This document shows, piece by piece, positions 24,922 through 39,027 of a DNA stretch of 64,000 nucleotides. The position numbers and the translations under genes were made by a program. The DNA is taken from NCBI GenBank assembly GCA_000004695.1, contig CM000150.2, positions 3,808,001 to 3,872,000 of the forward strand, written 5' to 3'. Origin of the DNA: Dictyostelium discoideum (Eukaryota). The notes beneath the pieces were generated by a model. The model saw only the letters and a list, made by a program, of their open reading frames with translations, did not search any database and was not told the DNA's origin. Position 1 is the first letter of the stretch. Each line of letters begins with the position of its first letter.

Positions 24922-25424
24922 TTTTTGATTTTGATTTTTTTGATTTTCTTTGTTTTTTGATACTCTCTTTTTTTTTTTTTTTTGATTTTTTTTTTTTTTT
25001 AAGGGAATATTTTTACAATATATAAATAAACAATAAATAAATGAATTACTATGGAAAAAAAGAAAAAAAATTGTGTTGTTTTTTTTTTTTTTTTTTTCTT
25101 TTTTTTTTTTGTTAATATTATTATTAAAAGTAGTGTGGGTGTTTGAAAATTAATAATATTTAGTTTTTAACCCAAAGAAAAAAAAAAAAATTTTAAAAAA
25201 TATATCTAGAGGAATATGGAGAGTGGTGTGTGTGTGTAGGATAACTATTTTTTTTTATTTTTTTTTTTTATTTTTTTTTTTTTATTATTCTGGTTTTGTA
25301 TTAATTTTTATTATTACTATTATTTTTTTTTTTATTAATTAAATATTAACCCTGGTATAGATGAGTGAATATTTTGACACTTGCTGCAAAAAAAATGAAA
25401 ATTATAAAAAAAAAAAAAAAATGG

Positions 25425-25455
<31 letters not shown>

Positions 25456-25765
25456 TTGCGAACGGAAAAAAAAATAAAAAAAATCAAAAAATTTCGAATA
25501 AAATGGCTACTGTTGTCGTAATTTATGAGAAAGAAAATTTTGCCCAATAATAGCCCAAATAATTAATTGTTGTAACCCAATTTGATTTAATTTTTTTTTT
25601 TATTTTTTTTTTTTTTCCCTCCTAATGTATTGGTATAGATGTAATATTACAAAAATAAAAAAAAAAAAATAAAAATAATAGTGAATAATGTAAGGTGTTA
25701 CAATTGTGTGAGCAGGTATTGGATATTAAATTAAATGATTTAAAAAAACTAAAATAAAAAAAAAA

Positions 25766-25805
<40 letters not shown>

Positions 25806-26718
25806 GGAAAGCGCAATTAAATTAAATTTATTAACTATAAACGAAAAAAAAAATTTTAAAAAAAAAAATAAAATAAAAATAAAAAATGAAAAATAAAAAA
25901 TAAAATAATTCGAAATATAACGTTTGTATGAAGTCATTCTATCTCTTATGTTTAAGCAATCAAAGAAATTTCATTCTTTAATTTTTTTTATTTTCTTTTA
26001 TTTTTTATTTTATTTTTTTTTTTTATATTTTTTGATTGGATTGCACAACAATTACGATGCAAATTAAATTGAATTTTTTAAAAAAAAAAAAAAAAAAAAA
26101 AAAGTACATTACTAAAATTCAAATAATGTTTAAGATGGACCAAAAAAACCATAAAAAAATCTTTTTCAAAAAAAAAAAAAAAAATGCAAAACCAATATAA
26201 ATTCCACAAATATATATATATAATTTTTAAAAAAAAAATTTAAAATTAATTAATTTTCAATTCAATTTTATTTATCATTTTCCAAAAATTTCAAAAAAGA
26301 TATTTTTTTTTTTTTTTTTTTGACCAGTTTGTGATTTAAATTAATACAAAAAATAAAATAAAATAACAATGTAAAGTAAAATATTAATAAAAAAAAAAAA
26401 AATTAATTTATAAAAATCATAAGTATTTGGATTGTAATTCAAAAAAAAAAAAAAAAAAATAAAAAATATCTTTTTAGAAATTTCATTTTGAAAAAACAAA
26501 CGACATGAAAAACTCTTTTTGGATACCAACATCGTATCACCAAAAAAAAAAATAAAAAAAAAAAAAAATAAAAAATAAAAAATAAATAAAACCCACACCC
26601 CTGTTTTTTTTTTTTTTTTTTTTATTTTATTTTAATTTTATTTTTCAAATTTTTTTTTTTATTATTTGTATTTGTATTTATTTATATATTTTGTATTTTA
26701 CTATTTTTTAAAAACATA

Positions 26719-26758
<40 letters not shown>

Positions 26759-26759
26759 A

Positions 26760-28838
26760 ATGGAAAGATTATCAATTATTTGTAATCATTTTGAAGATAA
26801 TGATTCATTAGAATCAAATGAAGTTGCAGCAAATTCTAATAATAATAATATTAATAATAATAATAATAATGGATTAGCAACATTAAATCAAAATTCATTA
26901 AATAATTTAATTCAAATTAATTCAAAGATTAACTTGGATTCAGAAAAGATTGAAAAAATTACAAAAATATTATTTGACCATCCAGATAAAGAATGGACAG
27001 CAGCACGTAATAGATTAATAGAGGTATTGAAAGATCCAATCTTTGAGTGTAAACCATATGCGTCATTCCATGAACAAAGAGAATTGGCACAAAAGAGAGT
27101 AGCACATTTAGCATCGATACCAGGTGGACCAATTTTAAAAGTTGGTGAAATCGTATCAAACTATAAGAAATTTTCAATGTTTCAATCTACATTGGTCTAT
27201 TGCGATATGTCAATGGCAGTGAAATCCTCAGTGCATTGGGGTTTATTCGGAGCATCGGTATGTTGTTTAGGTTCAGAGAAACACGAGAAATATTACGACG
27301 ATATCGATACTTGCAAAATGAGTGGCTGTTTTGCATTGACAGAGTTGGCTCATGGTTCAAATGTGAAAGGTGTTGAAACCATTGCAGAGTACGATAACAA
27401 GACACAAGAGTTTGTAATTCACACACCATCAGACACAGCACAAAAGATTTGGATTGGTAATGCTGCAACCTATGGTTGTTTTGCTACAGTGTTTGCAAAT
27501 TTAATTTCAAATGGCGAGAATTATGGTTTACATCCATTCCTTGTACAAATTAGAGACACCACAACATTGAAACCATTGGCAGGCATCACAACAGCTGATA
27601 ACGGACCAAAGATTGGGTTGAATGGTGTTGATAATGGTCGTTTATGGTTTAACAAGGTTAGAATCCCACGTGATAATCTTTTGAACAAGTTTGGTGATAT
27701 TGATGCCAATGGTGTTTATAGTACACCAATTAAGAATCCAAGCGTTCGTTTCAATTCAATGTTAGAGTCGTTGATTGGTGGTCGTATCACTGTTGCAAAT
27801 ATGGCAAATTCAGCAGCAAAGATGGGACTTTACATTGCTTTACATTATGCATTCTCACGTCGTCAATTTGGTCCATCCAATGGTAAAGAGGTGTTGTTAA
27901 TCGATTATATCACACATCAACGTCGTTTATTCCCACAATTGGCAGAGGTTTACATCAATCAAGTCGGTATAAATTATGTTATCAATAAATTCCAAAATAG
28001 AACTGAAAAGGATGCAAGAGATGTCTTCCTATTGGCATGTGGTTTCAAAGCAGCAACAACTTGGAATCGTTCAAAAACTTTACAACTCTGTCGTGAATGT
28101 TGTGGTGGTCAAGGTATGGCAGCAAGTAATAAAATTGGTATTCTTCGTGCTGATACCGATGTAGATTTAACCTACGAAGGTGATAACACAGTACTAATGC
28201 AAGCCGTTGCCAAAGCATTGCTTCAAGAGTTTAAATCCTATTTCACCGGTACAAAACGTATAACTGGTATGTTGAGTTACACCTATTCCAAGGGCCACAT
28301 TGGTATCTTTTTAAGAAATAAAAACTTTTTCACCAAACGTTTACACACAGAATCCCATCTATTGGATCCAGATGTATTGTTGGATGCTTTCATCTATCGT
28401 GAATTCAAACTCCTTCGTAACTTGATCAAAACTCTTAGAGCCAAAGTAAAGAATGAAAAAATGACAGGTCTTCAAGCTTGGAATAGTAGTTTGGATTTAG
28501 TACTTCAATTGGCAAATGCTTACATTGAAAGAGTTTCCATTGAGAAATTCTTGGAAGAAGTTCAAAAATCTCCAGAAGATATTAAACCAATCTTAACTTC
28601 ACTTTGTATCCTCTATGAATTAACAAAGATTGAAAATGATCTTGGTTGGTTCCTTTCAAATAAATACTTTGCACCAGTTAAAGGTCAAGCAATTGGTAAT
28701 ACAATCAATAAGGTTTGTGGTGCATTAAAAGATCATGCAATTCCATTAGTTAAAGCATTTGATATTCCATCTCAATTTTTAACTGCTCCAATTATTGGTG
28801 ATTGGGTTTCTCATTTTTCAAATCCAAATAATTGTTAA
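26760..28838 (+). CDS. Peroxisomal acyl-CoA oxidase, single exon, 692 aa
   Basis: The ORF is full length with ACOX N-terminal, middle and C-terminal domains (…FALTELAHGSNVKGVETIAEYD...HTPSDTAQKIWIGNAA...GGRITVANMANSAAKMGLYIALHYAFSRRQFG…). Confidence 0.9.
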   Translation: MERLSIICNHFEDNDSLESNEVAANSNNNNINNNNNNGLATLNQNSLNNLIQINSKINLDSEKIEKITKILFDHPDKEWTAARNRLIEVLKDPIFECKPYASFHEQRELAQKRVAHLASIPGGPILKVGEIVSNYKKFSMFQSTLVYCDMSMAVKSSVHWGLFGASVCCLGSEKHEKYYDDIDTCKMSGCFALTELAHGSNVKGVETIAEYDNKTQEFVIHTPSDTAQKIWIGNAATYGCFATVFANLISNGENYGLHPFLVQIRDTTTLKPLAGITTADNGPKIGLNGVDNGRLWFNKVRIPRDNLLNKFGDIDANGVYSTPIKNPSVRFNSMLESLIGGRITVANMANSAAKMGLYIALHYAFSRRQFGPSNGKEVLLIDYITHQRRLFPQLAEVYINQVGINYVINKFQNRTEKDARDVFLLACGFKAATTWNRSKTLQLCRECCGGQGMAASNKIGILRADTDVDLTYEGDNTVLMQAVAKALLQEFKSYFTGTKRITGMLSYTYSKGHIGIFLRNKNFFTKRLHTESHLLDPDVLLDAFIYREFKLLRNLIKTLRAKVKNEKMTGLQAWNSSLDLVLQLANAYIERVSIEKFLEEVQKSPEDIKPILTSLCILYELTKIENDLGWFLSNKYFAPVKGQAIGNTINKVCGALKDHAIPLVKAFDIPSQFLTAPIIGDWVSHFSNPNNC

Positions 28839-29508
28839 TTAGTAATTACTTAGGAGAGGAAAAAAAAAAAAATTTAAAACACAACAAATTCAAATATTGT
28901 AAAAATCTTTAAAAATTTAAATTTTTTGTTTTCCCAAATCGTCTATCATCCAAATGTTGTAAAAAAATAAAAATTAAATTAATGACTCATATATCTTTTT
29001 TTCTAAACAAAAATAATAAAAAATAATAAAAAAAATAAAAAAAGTTAATAATATCAATGTCTACGTCTTTAAATACACGATTAAACCTATCTGTTGTGTG
29101 AGTCATTAATTTTTAAAATTTTTTTTTCAAATTTTTTCTTTTTTTAAATATTTTTTTTTTTTTAATTTTTTTTTTTTTTTTTTTTTTAATTTTTTTAAGC
29201 GAACTTGATAAAAAAAAAAAAAAATTTCATTTATCATTTTTTTTTTTTTTTTTTATAAAGTAAAATATTTCTTTTTTTTTTTTTTTTTTTTAATCAAAAA
29301 AATACATATTTAAAATTTTTTTTAAAAAAAAACTATAATATTATATAAAAAAAAAAATATCATTCATTTTTTATTTTTTATTTTTTTTAATTAAAAAAAA
29401 ATAGTAATAAATAAAAAAAAAAAGTAAAAAAAAAAAAAAAAAAATTGTTGTATTTATAAAAAAAAAAAACAAAATATAATTTTAAAATAAAAAAAAAAAA
29501 AAGAGAAA

Positions 29509-32415
29509 ATGTCAAAATTAAAAGAAATATCAAGACAATCAACAACATCATGGAGTCCAATTGCACAATATCCAGATTATATGGCAGTTGGTACAGTAAC
29601 AGGTACAATTGGAGCAGATTTTGATACATCATCTAAATTAGAAATCTATTCATTAGATATTACCAATGAAAGCAAGCAAATGACATTAAAAGGGTCAACA
29701 TCATCAAGTACAAGATTCAATAAAGTAGTATGGGGACAAGCATCAAGTAATTTTCAAAATGGTATTATTGCTGGTGCAATGGATAATGGTACAATCAATC
29801 TTTGGGATCCAACAAAGATTTTAGCATCAGATGCCACTGATGGTGGTGGTAGTGATGATCAATCATCATTGATCGGTGTTGGTCAAAGACACTCTGGTCC
29901 AGTTCAATCCATCGATTTTAACGTTCAAAATCCAAATCTTTTAGCATCTGGTGGTTCAGATTCTGAAGTTTTCATTTGGGATTTATCCGATCCAACTCAA
30001 CCATCTGCTCTTAATCCAGGTAGTAAATCGCAACAATCTTCTGATATCACTTGTGTTGCATGGAATAAAAAAGTAGCACATGTAAGTATTTATAAATAAA
30101 TAAATAAAAAAATAAATAAATAATAAATAATAATAATATTTTATTAATTTTATTATTTATTAGATTTTGGGTTCAGCATCATATAATGGTTATATTGTAA
30201 TTTGGGATTTAAAATCAAAGAAAACATTAATGACAATTAATGATCGTAATAGAAAATGTAAATATAGATCAATTGTTTGGCATCCATCAGAGGCAACACA
30301 AATCGTTGCAGCATCAGAGGATGATGATCATCCAGTGATTCAAGCATGGGATTTACGTAATACTACATCACCAGTTAAATCAATGGAAGGTCATAAAAAA
30401 GGTGTTTGGGGTTTATCTTGGTGTCCATCTGATAATGCTTTATTATTATCAACTGGTAAAGATAATAAAACATTTTGTTGGAATTTTGATCGTCAAGAAA
30501 TACTTTGTGAAATTAATGATAATAATAGTAGAAATAATATTAATAACAATAGCAATAATAGTAATAGTGATAATAATAATGGTAATACAGATCCAAATGC
30601 ATGGAATTTCGAAGTTCAATGGTCACCACGTGTACCAGCTTTATTATCAACATCATCATATGTTGGTAAAGTTAATGTTTATTCATTACAAGATGTAAAT
30701 GAGAAATCAACTAGTGGTAGCAGTGCTGGTCAACTCAATGCATTGGGTATTCAAGAACAAACTAGCCAAATCACACCAACAATTAAACATACACCAAATT
30801 GGTTATTAAGACCATGTGGTGCTGCTTTTGGTTTCGGTGGTAAGATCGCAGTTTTTGGTAGAAATAAAAAAGTTACTGCCGCTGCCAATGGTGCAACTTC
30901 ACCATCATCATCTTCTTCACCAGCATCATCAGTTCAACAATCACAATTACAACAACAACAACGTGTAATTCATATCTCACATGTTACAACTGAAGTTGAT
31001 ATTGTTAAATCAAGTGAACAACTTGAAAATGTCATTCACACTGGTCAATATGAACAATATTGTCAAGAGAAAATCGATCAATCAACTTCCGATGAAGAGA
31101 AATCAATTTGGGGTTTCCTTAAAGTTAAATTCGCCAAAGATGATCGTTTAAAGATTTTAGATTATCTCGGTTATGATATTGAAACCATTAAAAAAGAATT
31201 AAAACAATTCCTTGGAACTTTACCAGAATTACCAATTGAAAGTGGTTTCAATGAATTACCAATTGAAAATGTCGATGATCAAAGTAAACCAGAACCAACA
31301 ACAACTACCACCAATGAAACTGTCCATCTTGAACCAGTTGTTGATGAAAATAATAATGTTGTAGATGCTGATAGTTTCTTTGATACTGCCGCTTCTGATG
31401 CAAATAAAGAACAACAAGACGATTCATCATCATCACCATCAACTAAATCACCAACAACTACAACAACACCTATTGAATTCCCAGGTGATGAAAAAGAACA
31501 AATGATTACAAAAGCATTATTAGTTGGTGATCATAATAGTGCAGTTGAATGTTGTCTTCGTTTAGGTAGATATTCAGATGCATTGATTTTAGCACATGCA
31601 GCAGGTCAAGAACTTTGGAAAAAGACTCAAGAGGCTTACTTTGAGATTGTACGTAGTCCATTTGGTAGAGTTGTATCATGTATTGTTAAACGTGATTTCC
31701 AACTTTTGGTAAAGAGTGCCGATCTAAAGGATTGGAAGGCTTCATTGGCTATCCTTTGTACTTATGCCCCTCCAACCGATTTCAAAATTTTATCAGGCAT
31801 TCTTGGTGATCGTTTAGATAAAGAAGCAAGTGATTTGAAATCCGCTATCCTTTGTTACATTTGCGCTGGTGATATCGATAAAACCGTCGATATTTGGAGT
31901 CGTGTCTCTCAACAACATCAACAACAACAACGTCAATCTTTAACTTCAAGTGGTAATAGTATCACTGTTTTAGAACAAGAGTCAAATAAAGATCTTCAAA
32001 ATTTAATTGAAAAAGTTTCAATATTTAGAAGTGCTTGTAATGGTAATAGCAATAACAATACATTAAATCAAGTTTTATCAATGAAATATGCTAAATATGC
32101 AGAGATTTTAGCTTCACAAGGTAATCTTTCAGCTTCATTACGTTATTTAGCACCAATTACAAACTCACAATGTAAACAAGAATATGGTGTACTCTTTGAT
32201 AGAGTTTATCGTGCTACCTCTAATCATCAAGGTATTCCACAACCACCATTCCCATTCCAATTAGTTGATGTTTATTCTTCAAATCAACCAATTCAACAAC
32301 AACAACAACAACAACAAAATAAAGCTCAACAAGTTGGTCATCAACATCAACATCAACACCAACATCAAAACCAACATCAACATCAACATCAACACCAACA
32401 TCAACATCAACCACC

Positions 32416-32449
<34 letters not shown>

Positions 32450-33658
32450 ATGGGTAGACAAAATACATTTAATCAACCACCACAACCAATGGGACAACAC
32501 CAACACCAACAACAACAACAACAACAACAACCACCAATTATGATGAATCAATCACCAATGCAAAATAATAATAATAATAGAATACCAATGATGAATCAAC
32601 CACCAATGATGAATCAACCACCAATGATGAATCAACCACCAATGATGAATCAACCACCACAAATGATGAATCAACCACCACAAATGATGAATCAACCACC
32701 ACCACAAATGATGAATCAACCACCACCACAAATGATGAATAATAATCAACCACCAATTATGATGAGACCTATGCAACCAAGTGGTCCATCACCAATGAAC
32801 CCACCACCAACAATGAATAACACTCAACCACCACCAATGATGAACACAATGGGTGGTCCATCATCAGTCAATAATTCTCAACCTCCAATTATTCCAATGA
32901 ATGGTAATCCACTACCAATGAATCCAATGAGTCCAATGATGTCTGATAAATCAAATCAACCACCAATGAATCCAATGATGAATCCAATGAACCCAATGAA
33001 TCCAATGATGAATCCAATTCAACCAACTGCTCCACCACCAATGAATCCAATGATTCCACAAGGTGGTAGTCCAATGATTAATCATCCACCACCACCAATG
33101 AATCCAATGATTAATAATGGTCCAGTTTCAACACCACCAATGAATCCAATGATGAATCAAGTTGTACCACAAAATATTTCACCACCACAAATGCCAACAA
33201 GATCACCAGTTTTAGAGAATAAATCATCATCACCATCAAGTGAATCATTTACATCACCAGCACCAAAACCAAACGTTCACAATAAAACACCATCCATTAT
33301 CACTGGTCAATTGGGTGTAACTACACCATCTGAAGGTCCATCAAATGAAGACACTGAAAGATTCGTTGAGAAATTACAAAGATCCATTCAAGAATTAAAT
33401 GGTAGAACTGATAGCAAGGTTTGGGAGGATGCCAATAAAAGATGTCAAGGTCTCATCAATAAGGTTTCAAAGAAAGATATCTCTGCTGAAGCTTTCAAAG
33501 CTCTCGATGCAATTTTAGCTTCAATCGTTGAAAAAGATTTCAAAAAAGCTTCCGATACTTATATTCAAATCACTTCAACTCCACTTTGGGGTGAAGTTGG
33601 TTCACAATCAATGGTTGGCCTTAAACGTCTCATTGATCTTGGTTTAAAATCTCATTAA
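29509..33658 (+). CDS. sec31: COPII coat subunit Sec31 (WD40 N-terminus, Pro/Gln-rich C-terminal region); 2 exons approx 29509-30081 and 30164-33658
   Basis: MSKLKEISRQSTTSWSP...AWNKKVAH|ILGSASYNGYIVIWDLKSKK matches the Sec31 N-terminus across the GTAAGT..TATTAG intron. WD repeats are followed by a long HQ-repeat and an 'MMNQPP' proline-rich region and a conserved C-terminal block. Confidence 0.85.
32290..32760 (+). repeat. Coding tandem repeats in Sec31: (CAA)n poly-Gln, (CAHCAA)n His-Gln repeat, and ~7 copies of a 21-24-nt 'ATGATGAATCAACCACCA(CAA)' unit encoding MMNQPP(Q)
   Basis: The periodicity is visible in both DNA and protein (QHQHQHQHQNQHQHQ…; PMMNQPPMMNQPPMMNQPPQMMNQPPQMMNQ…). Confidence 0.85.
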
Positions 33659-33733
33659 AAAAAAAAAAAAAAAAATTTTAAAAAAAAAAAAAAAAAAAAC
33701 CCAAAAATAAATTAAATATATGATTAAATTAAT

Positions 33734-33770
<37 letters not shown>

Positions 33771-34008
33771 CTTTGATCATTAAATAGGTACAATTGCTTT
33801 GGAGTGGAATTTTTTTTTTTTATTTTTGGCTTAAATTTCCTTCTTAAAAATTTAATTTAATTTTATTTTTATTTTTATTTTTATTTTTTTTTAATTTTTT
33901 TTTTTTTTTTTTTTTTTGCTCTTCACAATTTTTAATTTCAAAATTTTTTTTTTTTTATTTTTTTTTTTATTTTTTATTTAATTTTTTTAATTAATCATAG
34001 TCAACAAA

Positions 34009-36717
34009 ATGTGTAAATATAATGATCATAAATATTTAGTAGAAAAGGTAGATAGATTGGTATTACCAGAAAATGTTGTACCAATTAAATATGATTTACA
34101 TTTAAAACCAAATTTAAAAGAATTTACTTTTAAAGGTGAAGAGACCATCACAGTTCAAGTAAAACAACCAACAAAAACCATAACTATACATTCAATTGAA
34201 ATTGAAATTCAATCAGCTTCAATAAAATCATCATCATCATCTCAATCATCAAAATCAATTACATTTTATGAACCAGAAGAAGTTGTCATCTTTGAATTTG
34301 AAAATGAATTATCAGTTGGTGAATATTGTTTATCATTGGTATTTACTGGTTTATTAAATGACAAATTAAAAGGTTTCTATCGTTCAAAGTATACTGTTAA
34401 AGGTGAAGATCGTTATTTAGCAACAACTCAATTCGAAGCCACCGATGCTCGTCGTTCTTTTCCATGTTTTGATGAACCAGCTCATAAAGCAGTTTTCAAT
34501 ATCACTTTAACTGTCTCTGAATGTCATACCGCTATTTCAAATATGGAAGAAAAATCAATTACTCCAAATAATGATGGTACTAAAACTTATATATTCGAAC
34601 AAACTCCAATTATGAGTACATATTTAGTTGCTTATATTGTTGGTGATTTAGAATATATTGAAGGTAAAACAAAGGGTGGTATTAGAGTTAGAGTTTATAA
34701 AGCTAAAGGTGTTGAAGGTGAAAGTGATTTCGCTTTAGATACTGGTATTAGAGCAATGGATTATTTCATTGATTATTTCAATGTACCATATCCATTAACT
34801 AAATGTGATCATGTTGCTGTTCCAGGTAAATTTTTTTTCTATTTTATTTTCATTTTTTCAAATATTTAAAATACTAATTTTTTCTTTTTTTATTATTATT
34901 ATTATTATTATTTTATGAAAATACTGTTTTATACTACCACTTGGGAAGATTTTGCCGCGGGTGCGATGGAAAATTGGGGTTTAATTACATATCGTGATGT
35001 AATTTTATTAACATCAGATAAAACAACATTAGCAACTAAACAAGATATTGTTGGTGTTATTGGTCATGAATTAGCACATCAATGGTTTGGTAATTTAGTA
35101 ACAATGGAATGGTGGAGTCAATTATGGTTAAATGAAGGTTTCGCTACATTTATGGGTTATTTAGTAACAGACTATTTATATCCAAAATGGAATGTATTTT
35201 TAGAGTTTTCACAATCCTATCGTAACTCTGCACTCTCATTGGATGCATTAGATAATTCACATGCCATTGAAGTACCAGTACGTTCATCAGCAGAGATTTC
35301 AGAGATCTTTGATGATATCTCTTATAATAAGGGTTCATGTGTAATTCAAATGGTTGAAAGTCGTTTTGGTGAATCATTTAGAAAGGGTCTTCATCATTAT
35401 TTGACCAAACATTCCTACAAGAATACCATCACCGAAGATCTTTGGGCATCAATTTCACATACAAGTGGTGCTGATGTAGATTCATTCGTTAGATCTTTCA
35501 CAAAGTATCCAGGTTATCCAGTTGTATCCATTCAAGAGACTGAAAAAGAAGGTGAATTCTCATTGACCCAAAAGAAATTCAGATCAGATGGTCAAGTTGA
35601 AGAGAAATCCGATGACCCAATTTGGAATTGTTTCATTAAATTCCAAACAAAGAATGGTCCATTCGAATTCACTTTAACCAAGAAATCCGATACCGTCACC
35701 ATTCCAAACTATAAAAAAGGTGATTGGCTTAAACCAAACTATGGTCAATGTGGTTACTATCGTATTGCCTATACATCGGAATTAATCAAAGCATTGGTAC
35801 CTGTAATTGAGTCATTGGAACTTCCAGCTCAAGATCGTTTAGGTTTATTATCAGATTGCTATTACCTTTGCAAGAATGGAAGTACACCAATCTCATCCTA
35901 TATGGATTTGGTATTCTCTTATCACAATGAAACCGATAGTGATGTTTGGACATTCATCATTAAATCTTTGGATGAAATTAGTGAATTAAGTTTTGATCAA
36001 ACCTACAAAACTGACTTGGAAGAAATGATCCGTAAATTGTTGAAACCATTATCACAACGTTTAGGCTTTGAAGTTAAATCAGGTGAATCATCCTCTGACA
36101 CTTTGTTAAGAAATAAAGTAAACTCTTATTTGGGTATTTTGGGTGACAAAGAGATTGTGGCCGAGGCTAGAAAGAGATTTGAGCAATTCAAAGTCGACCA
36201 ATCTTCTTTACCTTCCGATATCCGTTCAAGTGTTTTAGTCACTGTTGTAAAGAATGGTTCCGAAGCTGAACAACAAGAAATTATCAATAGATACCTCGCT
36301 TCCAATGATATTGCAGAGAAATCAAGTTTATTGTCAGTTGTTTGCAAATCACCATCCAGTGCATTGGTATTGAAGGCTTTGGAATTCTCTGTCTCAAAAG
36401 ATGTTAGAACTTGTGAATCCTATATGCTTTGGAGAGTCGGAAATGAATTTAAACCAGTAGTTTGGAAATATTTCACTGAAAACTTTAAATCAATCAATGA
36501 AACCTTTAATCAAAATGTTTTATTCGCTTATATGATCTCTTTTGCTTTGTCCTCAAAAATGACTGATCAACAATTACAACAAGTTGAAGATTTCTTCAAA
36601 CAAAATCCAGTTGCAATTGCTGATCGTTCAATTAAACAAGATTTAGAACAAATTAGAAATAATACAAAATGGTTTAATTCATTTAATAAAGATTTATTAA
36701 ATTGGATTAAAAAATAA
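34009..36717 (+). CDS. M1-family zinc aminopeptidase (puromycin-sensitive aminopeptidase-like), ~862 aa; 2 exons approx 34009-34825 and 34949-36717
   Basis: The GAMEN motif (DFAAGAMENWGL) is reconstituted across the intron (…VAVP|DFAAG…). The HEXXH+E zinc site is HELAHQWFGNLVTMEWWSQLWLNEGFA. The GTAAAT donor is at 34826 and the acceptor AG at 34947-48, and frames match the track. Confidence 0.85.
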
Positions 36718-37548
36718 ATAATCTAATTTAATAAAGATTTATAAATTTGGATTTTTATAAAAAATAAAATTTATTTAATTTTTATTATTTTTTTATTAAG
36801 TTTTATAAATAATAAAATAAATTTTCAAATTAATAAATAAATATTTTTTTTTTTTTTTTTTTTAGATTTTTATTGATTTTTTTGACTATTGTTTTTCTTT
36901 AATAAATATCTATTTTTATATTTTTTTTTTTTTTGTTTTTTTTTTTTTTTATAATTTATTTTTTTTGTCCAAAATCAATTCCCAAAATTTTTAAAAAATG
37001 AAAACTTAAATTATTAAAAAAGGAAAAAAATGAAAATAAAAAACCAAAATATAATAAAAATTAATTAAAATAAAAAAAATACCCTCACAGTGTTGAATTC
37101 AAATATCCAATTTTTATTTTTTTTTAATTTTTTTTTTTTTTTTTTTTTTTTTTTTGAATAATTGGTAAATTTACAAATTAAAAAAAAAAAAATAAAAAAA
37201 TAAAAAAAAATAAAAAAAAAAAATAAATTAAAATCTTTTATTCTTTTAAAAAAAAAAAAATAATAAACAAATAATTAATCACCATTATTTTAGTAAAAAA
37301 AAAATACTATATTTCATAGATATATTTTTTTTAAAAAATTTAATTTTCCTCTCTCTCTCTCTCTTTCTCTTTTTTTTTTTATTTGTTTTTTTTTTATTTT
37401 ATTTTATTTTTTTTTCTATACAATTTTATTAATTTAATTTTATCATTTTAAATGTAAAAAAATTTTTAATTATTTCTTTTTTATTTTTTTTTTTTTTCTA
37501 AAAAATAAAAATAATAATAAATAAAATAAAAATAAAAATAAAAAAGTT

Positions 37549-37706
37549 ATGTTAAAACAATTATCAGAACCCTTAAAATCATTCCAACAAATAACCTTAT
37601 TTGTTATTGTCCCATTACTTATTGCAGTGCATGCAGAAGTAAGTAAAATTAAAAAATACTTTTTAAAAATAAAAAAATAATAAAAATAATAATAAAAATA
37701 TTAATT

Positions 37707-37739
<33 letters not shown>

Positions 37740-37978
37740 GGAAATATCTGTTACTGTTGCGTTTGATATAATTGTATGGTATATAGCAATAAGTTTTGGT
37801 GTATATATATTTAAAACACCATTAGAATTATATTTTATAGTAAAAGATAAAACTAGACAGTTAAAAGAAAATAAACAATATTATGATAAAGATTCTTATC
37901 ATCAAAAAGATGTTGAACTATACCAATTAGAATGGAGGTAAGTAAATAAAATAATTTAAAATAAATAATTAATAAATG

Positions 37979-38032
<54 letters not shown>

Positions 38033-38750
38033 GTTTATATTTTCAATATTATCACCATTTTTAGCATTATTTAGTTGGTATGGTTTGGAAAAGTTTTGTA
38101 TGGCATATTCTCTAACAACATTAAGCAATTTATTGCATCCATATTTTATAATTATTGCAGGATTTCTTACATCCTATCAACCTATAATTGGCTTCATGAC
38201 TAATTTTAAAGAAAGATTGGATTCCATTTATCCAAGAATAACATATGAACCAACATCTGGTTTAAATGACTATAAACAATATCAGCAACAACAACAACAA
38301 TCACAAAATAGGAATAGTACGGAGGACTTAGGATGTTCATCATCATCGTCAACTTCACCACCACCACCATCATTATTTGCATCTTCAGATAATATTGTAA
38401 ATTTAATGAGTAGCCAAGAAGCACAATTTAAGAATTTTGTTTTTAATCATACAAAGAGTAGTGAAGATGGTTTAAGAAATGAATTGGCTCAATTTAGATT
38501 GGAATTTTCAAATTATATTAAAAATTTAAATGCAGATAATAATCAACTAAAAAGAGATATTAGAGATTGGACTTCAAAGAAATCAAATGAAATAACCAAA
38601 ATTGATTCAAGAATGTTATCTCTTGAAAATCAAATGGAGTTATTACAAATGTTACTGGAAAAGGAAAAAGCTTCATCTTCATCCTCTTCAAAATCTGATA
38701 TATTTAGAATTTTAACTCCATTTTCTCAAAAAATGTTATCTTTAAAATAA
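37549..38750 (+). CDS. Multi-pass membrane protein with C-terminal coiled coil, unknown function, ~335 aa; 3 exons approx 37549-37638, 37741-37937, 38030-38750
   Basis: Exon 1 (MLKQLSEPLKSFQQITLFVIVPLLIAVHAE|GTAAGT) has phase 0. Exon 2 (…YQLEWR) ends at a GTAAGT donor. An AG acceptor after a 45-nt T-run at 38029 gives frame continuity into the 38031 ORF. Four hydrophobic helices are followed by a Ser-rich linker and a coiled coil (LEFSNYIKNLNADNNQLKRDIRDW…LENQMELLQMLLEKEK). Confidence 0.55.
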
Positions 38751-39027
38751 TTAAATAAATTAATAAAAAAAACTACAAATTAGGAAATAATATTAAACAC
38801 CAAGAATTATTTTGTTTTATTTTATTTTTTTTTTTTGGTTGGCTTTGGAAAATTTTCTTTGAAAATAAAATTTTATTTTTTTTTTAATTTTTTTATTTTT
38901 TATTTTTTTTATTTTTTTTAAAGTCAAATTATTTTTAAAAAAAAAAAGATTATTATTTATTTTTTACTTTAATTTTTTATTTATTTATTTTTTTTCATTT
39001 TTCAGATATTAATTAAATATACAAAAC

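Noticed and set aside
32220-33074. Antisense and alternative-frame ORFs within the sec31 repeat region (32220-32468 -, 32265-32543 +, 32279-32551 -, 32538-32776 -, 32889-33074 -)
   Set aside because: These are artefacts of the CAA/CAC and ATGATGAATCAACCACCA tandem repeats. The Sec31 frame is continuous and conserved.
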